Shown here in pieces: positions 1-8,727 of a stretch of DNA of 64,000 bases. Location of the stretch: contig JBNASD010000001.1 in assembly GCA_049720225.1 (NCBI GenBank), positions 100,733 through 164,732 on the forward strand, read 5' to 3'. Numbering within the stretch: position 1 is the first letter of the stretch; each line of letters begins with the position of its first letter. Position numbers and translations under genes: made by a program. The DNA comes from Microgenomates group bacterium. GTDB lineage: Bacteria > Patescibacteriota > Microgenomatia > PFEM01 > JBNASD01. The notes under the pieces were generated by a model that was not told the DNA's origin, searched no databases, and saw only the letters and a program-made list of their open reading frames with translations.

Positions 1-3000
1 AACGCCCTTGATATTTATGGTACCCAACCGTTTTCTATTTCATTATGGTTTAAAATAAATTCCCTACCTTCTTCTTATGCTTATGGATTGATTATGTTTG
101 GTGAAAATGGCCAAAATCCTTCCTCTTGGGATAAGGGAATAAAAATTAAAACTAATGGTTATGCTTATGGACATCTCTGGGATGGAGCTACCAGAGAACC
201 TACTAATTCTACCCAAATTCAACCAGGCAATTGGTATCATGCAGTTTTAGTTTATGATGGAACTAATAGTTATCTTTATATTAATGGAACTGCTGGTTCA
301 CCAGTAGCAGTTGCCTGGACAGTAAATTTCAATGTTCCTAAAGTAGTTCTTTCTTTTTATAAAAGCTCTTATTTTATTCCTACCAATGGAGTAATTGATG
401 AGGTTTATATTTTTAATAAAGCCTTAACTGCCCAAGAAGTAAGTAGTTTGTATAACAACATTGTTCCGCCTACCCAATCTTTTTCTTTAAGTGTTGATGA
501 AAATTTAAATATTTCCTCTGGGGTTTTTTCTGCTTATGAGACAATTAATCTAGGAGGTGATTTTATTAATAATGGGAGTTTTCTTCATAACAATGGAACG
601 GTAGTTTTAAATGGTAGTAATCAATCAATTTGGGGAACCACCACTTTTTATAATTTAAGTAAACAAGTAAATTCTTCTGCTATTCTTACATTTGAAGCGG
701 GAAAAAGACAGACTATTTTAGGAGCATTAACTTTAAAAGGAAGCGCTAATAATCTTTTAACTTTACAATCTTCTTCTTTAGGATCACAGTGGGAAATTGA
801 TCCTCAAGGAACAAGAGATTTGGGGTATTTAGCAGTAAGAGATTCTTATAATGTTAACCAAAATCCGATTACTACCGCGGGTTTAAATATTACTGATTTA
901 GGTAATAATACTGGTTGGTTATTTAATTCTCCTCCTAACTTGCCCCATATTGATAACTATGAAGATGGTTCGTGGACTACGGACAATACTCCTACTTTAC
1001 AGTTTGATCTTTCTGATCCTGATAGTGGTGATATTATTAGATACCAGATTCAAATTGATGATAATTCTGATTTTTCTTCGCCTGTCGTCAATTTTATTGA
1101 AGAAAACGGCTCCTCTACTCCAAGAAATAACGTTACTTTTACCTCACCGGTTTTATCTGATGGTTATTATTATTGGCGAGTGAGAGCAATTGATGGAAAA
1201 GATACAGAAAGCGATTGGGCAGTTGCTAATAACGGAGAAATTGCTTTTAAAGTTGACGCTACCCCTCCGCTTTCTTTTGCTCCTGTAGTTAATCCCTCCG
1301 GTTGGACTTCTAATAATACTCCTACTCTTACTTTTTCTACTACGGATACTGCCTCAGGCGTTGATCATTATGAAGTAAAAATTGGCGAGGAAGGAACTTA
1401 TTCTATTCAATCATCTCCATATATTTTTCCATCTCAGCCCGACGGACAACAAAGAATTTATATAAAAGCAGTTGACGTTGCAGGAAACGAAAGAGTAGAA
1501 ACAGTAGACATTTTTATTGATACTGCTCCCCCTTCAGGTTCAATTTTAATTAATTCTGGTAATGAGTATACTTCTTCTTCTGAAGTAATTTTAACCTTAA
1601 ATGCATCCGATGCTACTTCAGGAGTTTCTCAAATGATTATTTCTGAAAATTCCGATTTTTCTGGTTCGTCGTGGGAAAGTTATACTACTAGCAAAGTTTT
1701 TTCTCTTTCGTCTTCTGAAGGAAGCAAAACAGTCTATGTCAAGTTTAAGGATAATGCCGGCAATATTTCGGCTGTTTTTTCCGATTCGATTATCTTAGAT
1801 ACTTCTGGTCCAACAGGCGTAATCACGATTAATAACGGAGATAATTACACTTCTTCACGAATAGTAACTCTGTCAATTTCCGCTTCGGATATTTTTGCTT
1901 CTGTCTTGCAAATGAAAATTTCGGAAAATTCTAATTTCTCAGCGGCAGTTTGGGAAAGTTATACTGCTACTAAATCTTATACTTTATCCTCCTCCGAAGG
2001 GACAAAAACAATTTATATTAAATTCAAAGATAGCTTGGGAAATGAGTCAGAAGTTTATTCCGATAGTATTATTTATGATACTACCCCTCCCTCTTTAAGT
2101 TTAGATAGCCCCGGAAATGAAAGTTATATTAATTCTGAGCGACCTTCGTTTAAGTGGAAAGCAGCTTTTGATCTTGTTTCTGGAGTAGCTAAATATAAAT
2201 TAGAAATAGATAATGGAAATACTGCTAATTTAGTTATCGATAACATTCCCTCCTTTAGAACTACCAATTATGAAACTAATAAATATGTTATTTATTATGA
2301 AAATTTTTCTGATGATAATTCGGGTAACAATTATCTCTCTGTTTATCTCAAATCTTCTTCGGAATGGAATCAAGAAGAGAATGACGGAAAATTAAAAGAG
2401 GGAAAAAGAATATGGAAAGTCACTGCCTATGACAACGCCGGAAACAGTAAAGAAGAGTCAAGAGTGTTGTTTGTGGACAAAAGTGGACCATCAATTGAGG
2501 AAGTTAAAATTAATGATTTTACAATTTCTGAATTATTAAAAACTTACGACCAAAATCCTACTTTATCAGGAAAAATAATTGATAGATTAAATGGAGATAA
2601 AGAAAGTAATTTTGTGGCTTCCGGTCCGGAAAAGTTAGAAATTGAAATTAAAAAAAGAAATAATTTAGGGATTTATCTTCCGTATGCTTTGGTTAATCTT
2701 AATTTAGATAAAATATATTGGACGACTACTAATTTAGAAATAAAGGAAAATAACCAAAATATAGGCAATAAGTATTCTTCTTTTTCTTATACTTTTACTA
2801 ATTCACTTCCAAGGGGGATTTATCAATTTAATTTAAAAGCTAAAGATAGGGCTAACAATGAAAGTACTATTGTTTCTTTTGAATTAGAAATAACTTCTTT
2901 TGAGGAATTTAAAGAAACTCCCGAAATAAAAGAAATAATAGAAGAATTAGAAAAGACTTTAGAACAACCCAAAGAAAAAATAGAAGAAGAAATTAAAAAA

Positions 3001-3582
3001 GAGGAAGTTGTTCTTCCCTCTCCCACACCAAAACCTCAATTAATAAGTAAGATTATTAATCAATCTTTTGGTGTTTTAAGTAATTTGTGGTGGAAAACCG
3101 TAGAAACTTCTAAAAATTTATTAAACAATGTCTTCCGAATGATTAATATTTCAAAAATCGAAAAGCCTTTCAATAAGCTAGCTCGGCAAGTAAATAATAT
3201 TTTGAAAAAATCTGAAAATTTAATTCGTCAACCCATTATAAGAGGAGAAAATTTGTTTAGCCGACTTAAAGTTGGGAGCGCTACTTTCATTAGTATTGTA
3301 TTTGATAAAGAACCAACAAGAATTTATGATGTACAAATAGTAGAAGTTACTCCTACCAGTGCGGTAATTACCTGGAAAACCAATCATTATGCTACCAGTA
3401 AAATAAACTATGGTTTATCACTTCAATATGGAAATGAAGTTTATTCTTCAGAAAGAGTTAAATATCATCGGGTTATTCTTAAAAATCTTGAACCAGGAAA
3501 AACTTATTATTTTGAAGTAATGTCCGAAGGAAAAAACTACACTTATGACGCTTACTATACTTTCACTACTCCCAAAAAATAA
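1..3582 (+). CDS. Large secreted surface protein (5' partial). N-terminal LamG/concanavalin-like domain followed by tandem Ig-like/FN3-like repeats and a C-terminal FN3-like beta-sandwich.
   Basis: The frame is open back to nt 1 (NALDIYGTQPFSISLWFK... upstream of the annotated start). A LamG-like 'SISLWFK...DEVYIFNKALTAQEV' motif is present. Ig-like modules recur as 'D.AGN.S' and 'TPP.LS' motifs. The C-terminus carries an 'YYFEV' FN3/purple-acid-phosphatase-N-like motif. Confidence 0.6.
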   Translation, partial: NALDIYGTQPFSISLWFKINSLPSSYAYGLIMFGENGQNPSSWDKGIKIKTNGYAYGHLWDGATREPTNSTQIQPGNWYHAVLVYDGTNSYLYINGTAGSPVAVAWTVNFNVPKVVLSFYKSSYFIPTNGVIDEVYIFNKALTAQEVSSLYNNIVPPTQSFSLSVDENLNISSGVFSAYETINLGGDFINNGSFLHNNGTVVLNGSNQSIWGTTTFYNLSKQVNSSAILTFEAGKRQTILGALTLKGSANNLLTLQSSSLGSQWEIDPQGTRDLGYLAVRDSYNVNQNPITTAGLNITDLGNNTGWLFNSPPNLPHIDNYEDGSWTTDNTPTLQFDLSDPDSGDIIRYQIQIDDNSDFSSPVVNFIEENGSSTPRNNVTFTSPVLSDGYYYWRVRAIDGKDTESDWAVANNGEIAFKVDATPPLSFAPVVNPSGWTSNNTPTLTFSTTDTASGVDHYEVKIGEEGTYSIQSSPYIFPSQPDGQQRIYIKAVDVAGNERVETVDIFIDTAPPSGSILINSGNEYTSSSEVILTLNASDATSGVSQMIISENSDFSGSSWESYTTSKVFSLSSSEGSKTVYVKFKDNAGNISAVFSDSIILDTSGPTGVITINNGDNYTSSRIVTLSISASDIFASVLQMKISENSNFSAAVWESYTATKSYTLSSSEGTKTIYIKFKDSLGNESEVYSDSIIYDTTPPSLSLDSPGNESYINSERPSFKWKAAFDLVSGVAKYKLEIDNGNTANLVIDNIPSFRTTNYETNKYVIYYENFSDDNSGNNYLSVYLKSSSEWNQEENDGKLKEGKRIWKVTAYDNAGNSKEESRVLFVDKSGPSIEEVKINDFTISELLKTYDQNPTLSGKIIDRLNGDKESNFVASGPEKLEIEIKKRNNLGIYLPYALVNLNLDKIYWTTTNLEIKENNQNIGNKYSSFSYTFTNSLPRGIYQFNLKAKDRANNESTIVSFELEITSFEEFKETPEIKEIIEELEKTLEQPKEKIEEEIKKEEVVLPSPTPKPQLISKIINQSFGVLSNLWWKTVETSKNLLNNVFRMINISKIEKPFNKLARQVNNILKKSENLIRQPIIRGENLFSRLKVGSATFISIVFDKEPTRIYDVQIVEVTPTSAVITWKTNHYATSKINYGLSLQYGNEVYSSERVKYHRVILKNLEPGKTYYFEVMSEGKNYTYDAYYTFTTPKK

Positions 3583-3588
3583 CTTTTA

Positions 3589-3664
3589 TGGGTGGCTGAG
3601 CGGATTCGAACCGCCAACATCCTGCTCCACAGGCAGGCGCTCTAACCGTTGAGCTACAGCCACC
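3589..3664 (-). tRNA. tRNA-His (anticodon GTG). Carries the G-1:C73 feature, and CCA is encoded.
   Basis: The reverse complement folds as a cloverleaf with a GTTCGAATC T-loop and anticodon loop CUGUGGA. An extra 5' G pairs with discriminator C. Confidence 0.85.
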
Positions 3665-3665
3665 G

Positions 3666-3741
3666 TGGCGCCCCTGGAGGGATTTGAACCCCCAACCTGG
3701 TGCTTAGAACGCACTCGCTCTATCCGTTGAGCTACAGGGGC
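3666..3741 (-). tRNA. tRNA-Arg (anticodon TCT)
   Basis: The reverse complement folds as a cloverleaf with anticodon loop GUUCUAA, T-loop TTCAAAT, and CCA encoded. Confidence 0.75.
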
Positions 3742-3818
<77 letters not shown>

Positions 3819-3845
3819 ATTTTTTATAATTTTAGCAAAAAATTT

Positions 3846-5423
3846 TTAAATTGGAACTTCAACTACCTCTTTCTTCTTTTCTTGAATAAAATCCAACCAC
3901 TCCTCTACTACATTAATTATACTTTTTAAAGGCGCTTCAATCAAAAAATCCATAATAATCATTAAGAAATTAAGTTTGGAAACATATTTATTTAACCAAA
4001 CTCCTAAGCTTAAAAAAGGTAAAGAAAGATTATCGATTAATTTATAAAAAACTCCTTCGTTATTTTCAATCACCAGAATTTCCGAAGCGTTATATTGGAC
4101 CCGAAAACCAAAAAGAAGAACCAACGAAAGAAAAAAGAAAAAGATAATTAATCCCAAAAAACTGAAGCCAATCTTTAAAAGAATGTAAGTAATTAAAGAA
4201 AAAATAAAGACAAAAAGAAGACCATAAATTCCTAAAAAAATTTTTCTTAAATTTTTATTAGCTTTATTAGGAGAAAGATTAATTTCTTGGGGCTCTTCTT
4301 CTGTTTTAGAGGAAAAAAGATCAATAATATCTCGGATTATTTTTTCTGTATTTTTTTCGCTAGGAATTTTAATTCTTAGGCCAATTCCAAACATTAAAAA
4401 AGGAGGAATAATAGTGTTAATTGTTAAGGGGAGCAAGTTTAATTTTTTAAAGAAAAAAAGATCATAAGGAATTTCTAAAATTAAAGCTAAAAGCACTTTG
4501 GTGATAAAAATATAAATGATACTTCGGGTAATCCCTCTTTTTACAGCATCTTTAATTTGAAAATATTTTTCTTGACAAATTTCTTCAATTTCCTCCTTTA
4601 ATTTTTCTTTTTGGTTTAAAATTTCTTCTGGATGAGGTAGGTTTTTTTCTATTATCTCTTTTAAGATAAGAAAACGAACCGTTAGTGGGCGAATAAATCT
4701 AAATAAAGGTAAGCCAATTGGATGAGAAAGTTGTTTTTCTATTTCGTTTTTAACTAATAAATGATCTTCCTTCTTTTGAATTACCGAAGGATAGTATTTT
4801 TTAATTAAATACCAGCCTAAAGTAGGATTATCAACCTTTAAAAAAGATCGACAAATAGCAATGAAAATTTGGATATCTTTTTCCTTTTCTGATAAAGAAG
4901 GCTCATTGAGAATAAAATTTCTTTTAAACCAGTTTTGGATTATTTCTACAAAAGCAAAAGGAATAGGGTTAAAAGAGATAATATTTTCTATTTCGCAAGC
5001 CATTAGATTATAAACCCAATCTTGCCAATCACTTTCTTTTTTAATCTTTAAAAGAGGAATAAATTGATTAATTACTAATTTTATTTCTTCAATTTTTTTT
5101 AGGGGAATTTCTTCATTTTTTAAGTATCTGGACCAAATTAACTCTTTAATCAAAATCTCGGCTACTTGCTCAGTGTTTTGATAGGAATTAAGCCAAAGTT
5201 GTCTTTTGACAATTCTTTCGATAGCATATTTTCTTAAAAGATTTTCTTTTTTATAATCCAAAGCATTTCTTATTCTTTCATAGATAAAAGCAAAAATCTC
5301 TATTCCCTTTTGGGCTTTTATTTTTGGTTCTTCCTTCTCTTTCTCTTTTTCTTCTAACCAAAATGAATAAATCTTTAAAAGATATTGAATATTAGAAGGG
5401 AGATTAGAAGCTTGATTAACCAT
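3846..5423 (-). CDS. Hypothetical polytopic membrane protein with a soluble helical N-terminal region and C-terminal TM helices.
   Basis: A long ORF. The start is most likely MVNQ at 5421-5423, because the first annotated Met would overlap tRNA-Pro. The C-terminal third is hydrophobic. Confidence 0.45.
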   Translation of the reverse strand: MVNQASNLPSNIQYLLKIYSFWLEEKEKEKEEPKIKAQKGIEIFAFIYERIRNALDYKKENLLRKYAIERIVKRQLWLNSYQNTEQVAEILIKELIWSRYLKNEEIPLKKIEEIKLVINQFIPLLKIKKESDWQDWVYNLMACEIENIISFNPIPFAFVEIIQNWFKRNFILNEPSLSEKEKDIQIFIAICRSFLKVDNPTLGWYLIKKYYPSVIQKKEDHLLVKNEIEKQLSHPIGLPLFRFIRPLTVRFLILKEIIEKNLPHPEEILNQKEKLKEEIEEICQEKYFQIKDAVKRGITRSIIYIFITKVLLALILEIPYDLFFFKKLNLLPLTINTIIPPFLMFGIGLRIKIPSEKNTEKIIRDIIDLFSSKTEEEPQEINLSPNKANKNLRKIFLGIYGLLFVFIFSLITYILLKIGFSFLGLIIFFFFLSLVLLFGFRVQYNASEILVIENNEGVFYKLIDNLSLPFLSLGVWLNKYVSKLNFLMIIMDFLIEAPLKSIINVVEEWLDFIQEKKKEVVEVPI

Positions 5424-5429
5424 TTTTAG

Positions 5430-5503
5430 TCGGGGATGCCAGACTCGAACTGGCGACCTCACGGTCCCAAACCGTGCGCTCTAAACCAACTGAGCTAATC
5501 CCC
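5430..5503 (-). tRNA. tRNA-Pro (anticodon TGG)
   Basis: The reverse complement reads CGGGGAT...anticodon loop UUUGGGA...GTTCGAGTC T-loop. Confidence 0.8.
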
Positions 5504-5507
5504 GCTG

Positions 5508-5592
5508 TGCCGAGGGCGGGACTCGAACCCGCACGCCTTTTGAGGGCAACGGATTTTAAGTCCGTCCTGTCTACCAATTCCAGCACCTCGGC
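5508..5592 (-). tRNA. tRNA-Leu (anticodon TAA), type II with a long variable arm
   Basis: The reverse complement reads GCCGAGG...anticodon loop CUUAAAA...long variable arm...GGTTCGAGTCC. Confidence 0.8.
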
Positions 5593-5707
5593 AGTTTTCT
5601 CCTCTAAGATTTCCAACTCTTTTATTTTTTTCTTTACTTCCATTAATAATCTTACCAAATTTATTTTAGGAATCAAGTTTTTTCTTTAAAAATTAGGTGG
5701 GATTTTA

Positions 5708-6760
5708 TTATTTAGATACTACTGAGATTAATTTTTGAGCTATATTTCCTGCTTTATCATAAGCTTTTACTTCGATAGTAAAAGTTGTGTTAGGTTTTCC
5801 CCCTACTTTCCAATTACAATTAAAAGGTCCAACAGACAAACTACATTTTAAACTTTTATTCACATAAAAATCAACCTTTTCTATTCCCGATCCGTCAGGA
5901 TTATCAGAAACGGAGGCAACAATATTGACAGTAGATAAACGATTTACTACACTTCCATCTTCAGGGCTAACAATTGATAGTGTAGGAGGAATTGTATCTC
6001 TTAAAAAGGGAGTCGGACTAGGGGAAAAAGGAGTGGGACTAGGAGAAAAAGAAGTGGTTGGAGAAGTTGTAGGAGAGTTTATTTTAACGAAAACATAAGA
6101 AGTAGGCTTTGCCAAAATATCTTGAGGACTTGTTTCTGCGGGATTTATTATTACATTACTATCTTTTAGGACATTTTCTCCTTCATAAACAAAGTTAATA
6201 GTGGTAGTTCCAGTTGCTTCTGGTTTTGCTTTAAACGTAAGTTTAGTGACAGGATTAATAACACCTTTAAATGAACCAGATAATCCCCCTTTTTGATTGT
6301 TGGCGTTAATATCAAAAGCTACCATTCCAAATTCAATTAACCCACTATTATTAGCTTTATTTATTATTTGTTCAATATCAAAATTATTCTCTTTATTGAG
6401 AGGAAGGTAAGTTTTAAAAACCCCATGAGGTTCCTGGGTAATATTTAAAAGAGTAAGTTTATTTTTATCAAAGTTTATCAAAATGTCTAAAGCAACAGCC
6501 TCCTGCTCATTATTAACTAAAATCACGGAAATAGGAACGTTAAAGACTTCATCGGGATTTACCTCGATGGTGGTAGGCGAAAAAGAAAGATTTGCCGTTA
6601 AATTATAAGCACGGGATAATAAATTTTGTTTCTTATTAATTAAATTAAAAATTGCAAACGCACTGATAGACAAAACAAGAAATATTAAAGCAGTTGATAT
6701 ATAAAATATATTTTTTTTATTCATAATTTTAAAACTTTTCTTTTTTAATTTTTGGGCCAT
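5708..6760 (-). CDS. Secreted protein with a signal peptide, an Ig/cohesin-like beta-sandwich region, a Pro/Ser/Thr-rich linker and a C-terminal Ig-like domain.
   Basis: Has an N-terminal hydrophobic signal, the linker 'SPTTSPTTSFSPSPTPFSPSPTPF', and a C-terminal 'KAYDKAGN' motif shared with other Ig-like proteins in this window. Confidence 0.5.
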   Translation of the reverse strand: MAQKLKKKSFKIMNKKNIFYISTALIFLVLSISAFAIFNLINKKQNLLSRAYNLTANLSFSPTTIEVNPDEVFNVPISVILVNNEQEAVALDILINFDKNKLTLLNITQEPHGVFKTYLPLNKENNFDIEQIINKANNSGLIEFGMVAFDINANNQKGGLSGSFKGVINPVTKLTFKAKPEATGTTTINFVYEGENVLKDSNVIINPAETSPQDILAKPTSYVFVKINSPTTSPTTSFSPSPTPFSPSPTPFLRDTIPPTLSIVSPEDGSVVNRLSTVNIVASVSDNPDGSGIEKVDFYVNKSLKCSLSVGPFNCNWKVGGKPNTTFTIEVKAYDKAGNIAQKLISVVSK

Positions 6761-8118
6761 CCAAATTGAAAAACCGCTGTTTCGCTATAAACAAAGGGTG
6801 AACCAAGAATTATTCTTTGTAATGGCCCGCTTAATCGATAAATGTTGTAAGTATTGCCGTCATAGCTTTTTTTATTAGCCCAATCGGTTTCTGTTTTTAA
6901 TAATGCTTGTCCAACTGAATATCCTTTATTCCAATAATTAAAAAAGTCATTGAAAAAGTTTCCAAATTTTGCTCCCACGGTTGGGTTTATATCTTGAGCA
7001 TGAAGCTTTCCCATATAAGAAAGTCCAATATCCTTTCCATTGATGGAAGCAAGTGCAGTAGATGTACTTTCATTTCTATAAAAATTACCATTATGACATC
7101 CCCAAGAGAAAATAAAAGCAGGTTGTTTTTCTAATAAAAAGAAATCATCTTTGTTCAAACAAAAAATTGAAGTTGCAGTTGCGTGAGAGTGAAGATAGGC
7201 CACTTCAGGGAGGAGTTTAAATGCGGAAATTAACTTTTCTTTTAGGGGACAAATATTATCACAAGAACCATCGGTAGGATAAATTTGGATTATATTTTCT
7301 GGGCTATAATTACCTTCAAAAATTCCGGTTGGCGGTGGGGGAGTTCCGCGATCACAATGAACGGCATAAACAGCTTTGTTACTAGATTTTATTTCCCCTG
7401 AAAAATACCGATGATGTTTATCAAAAAAGCGAGAAAGTTGTTGAAGGGGTGTTCCAAAATTTTTATCATTAATCGGTTTTATCCAAGAAATATATATTTC
7501 TGGACCTTCATGGGGTCCATAAGTTAAATAACGATCATAATGGTTGTTAGAATTTTTTGCAAAATTAGAGTCAAGGTCTTGATAATAAAACATGAAAGGA
7601 GCAGTCGTATTGTAATCATAAATAGAGTCAAATAAAGCATAAGGAACCTCTCCTACTAATATTGCTCCTTCAATATTTTTACAACCTAAAACAGGATCAA
7701 GTCCGCATTCAGAAATTAATTTTTCTCTAACAAAATCAGGAGTTTGTAATTTTAAGTTTTCTAAAGGAATAATCTTTATGGGAATTCCTAATTTTGTTTC
7801 AATATCATTTTTAAACTGATTTAATTGATTACTTAAATTATTAAAGTCATTTTGGTCAATAATGACCAAAACTGTTTTGTTATTTTTATTTTGATAATTA
7901 AATTTACCGTAGTTATTAAAGAGAATTAAAGCATCATTTAAATCAACCAATCCCGAATTATCTAAATCAAAAGAAGAATTTGAAGAATTGAAATTAGGTG
8001 AAAAAATAGCAAAATCTACTCCATTTACTTTTTCTGAACAATCAAAATTTCCTAAGGGGAGACAAAATTTTTGCGCTAAAACATTGAGGTTAGAAAAATA
8101 ATTATTTAGTAAAAACAA
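6745..8118 (-). CDS. Secreted protein with a dockerin-like Ca-binding repeat and a caspase-fold (C25/C11-like) putative cysteine peptidase domain.
   Basis: Has a signal peptide and a dockerin-like 'DLDNSGLVDLNDALILFNNYG'. A putative His ('YLHSHATATS') and Cys ('AFIFSWGCHNG') each follow a hydrophobic strand, as in clan CD peptidases. Confidence 0.45.
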   Translation of the reverse strand: MFLLNNYFSNLNVLAQKFCLPLGNFDCSEKVNGVDFAIFSPNFNSSNSSFDLDNSGLVDLNDALILFNNYGKFNYQNKNNKTVLVIIDQNDFNNLSNQLNQFKNDIETKLGIPIKIIPLENLKLQTPDFVREKLISECGLDPVLGCKNIEGAILVGEVPYALFDSIYDYNTTAPFMFYYQDLDSNFAKNSNNHYDRYLTYGPHEGPEIYISWIKPINDKNFGTPLQQLSRFFDKHHRYFSGEIKSSNKAVYAVHCDRGTPPPPTGIFEGNYSPENIIQIYPTDGSCDNICPLKEKLISAFKLLPEVAYLHSHATATSIFCLNKDDFFLLEKQPAFIFSWGCHNGNFYRNESTSTALASINGKDIGLSYMGKLHAQDINPTVGAKFGNFFNDFFNYWNKGYSVGQALLKTETDWANKKSYDGNTYNIYRLSGPLQRIILGSPFVYSETAVFQFGWPKN

Positions 8119-8209
8119 AAATAATAAAAAAAAGAAAAAATAAATAATTTTTTCACAATTTTATTTTGATATAATTTTTGTTCTTATGTCAAGTAGGAGA
8201 AAGAGTTTG

Positions 8210-8280
8210 CTGCGAGGCCTGGATTCGAACCAGGATTGACGGCTCCAAAGGCCGCTGTCCTACCGTTAGACGACCTCGCA
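8210..8280 (-). tRNA. tRNA-Gln (anticodon TTG)
   Basis: The reverse complement reads TGCGAGG...anticodon loop CUUUGGA...GGTTCGAATCC. Confidence 0.75.
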
Positions 8281-8286
8281 AAAGTG

Positions 8287-8358
8287 AGCGAGGGACGGGA
8301 CTTGAACCCGCGACCTTCTCCTTGGCAAGGAGACGTTCTGCCTCTGAACTACCCTCGC
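8287..8358 (-). tRNA. tRNA-Gly (anticodon GCC)
   Basis: The reverse complement reads GCGAGGG...anticodon loop UUGCCAA...GGTTCAAGTCC. Confidence 0.8.
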
Positions 8359-8363
8359 TTCGG

Positions 8364-8436
8364 TGCCGAGGGGCGGAGTCGAACCGCCATCTCATGTTTT
8401 TCAGACACGCGCCGTGACCACCTTGGCTACCTCGGC
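8364..8436 (-). tRNA. tRNA-Phe (anticodon GAA)
   Basis: The reverse complement reads GCCGAGG...anticodon loop CUGAAAA...GGTTCGACTCC. Confidence 0.75.
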
Positions 8437-8440
8437 CTAG

Positions 8441-8515
8441 TGGACGGAAGAGGATTCGAACCTCTGACCTCCTCTGTGTAAGAGAGGCGCTCTAGACCAG
8501 CTGAGCTATCCGTCC
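8441..8515 (-). tRNA. tRNA-Val (anticodon TAC)
   Basis: The reverse complement reads GGACGGA...anticodon loop CUUACAC...GGTTCGAATCC. Confidence 0.8.
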
Positions 8516-8521
8516 TTAAAG

Positions 8522-8606
8522 TGCCGCGGGAGGGACTCGAACCCTCACGCCCAATTGTGGGCATAGCTCCTCAAGCTATCGCGTATGCCAATTCCGCCAC
8601 CGCGGC
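8522..8606 (-). tRNA. tRNA-Leu (anticodon GAG), type II
   Basis: The reverse complement reads GCCGCGG...anticodon loop UUGAGGA...long variable arm...GGTTCGAGTCC. Confidence 0.75.
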
Positions 8607-8613
8607 GCCTCGG

Positions 8614-8696
8614 TGGACGGAGAGGGATTCGAACCCTCACAGCCTAAGGCTACAGGCTCCTGAAGCCTGCGCGTCTACCAACTCCGCCATCCGTCC
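8614..8696 (-). tRNA. tRNA-Leu (anticodon CAG), type II
   Basis: The reverse complement reads GGACGGA...anticodon loop UUCAGGA...long variable arm...GGTTCGAATCC. Confidence 0.75.
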
Positions 8697-8727
8697 CTAT
8701 TATTATATCTTATATCAAGAAATTATA

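Noticed and set aside
950-1183. Internal and antisense ORFs inside long genes, for example 950-1183, 2823-3026, 14308-14697, 19488-19736, 32212-32633, 55775-56038 and 62725-62985
   Set aside because: They are fully nested in well-supported longer CDSs in other frames. Their composition follows the host gene, and they have no independent signals.
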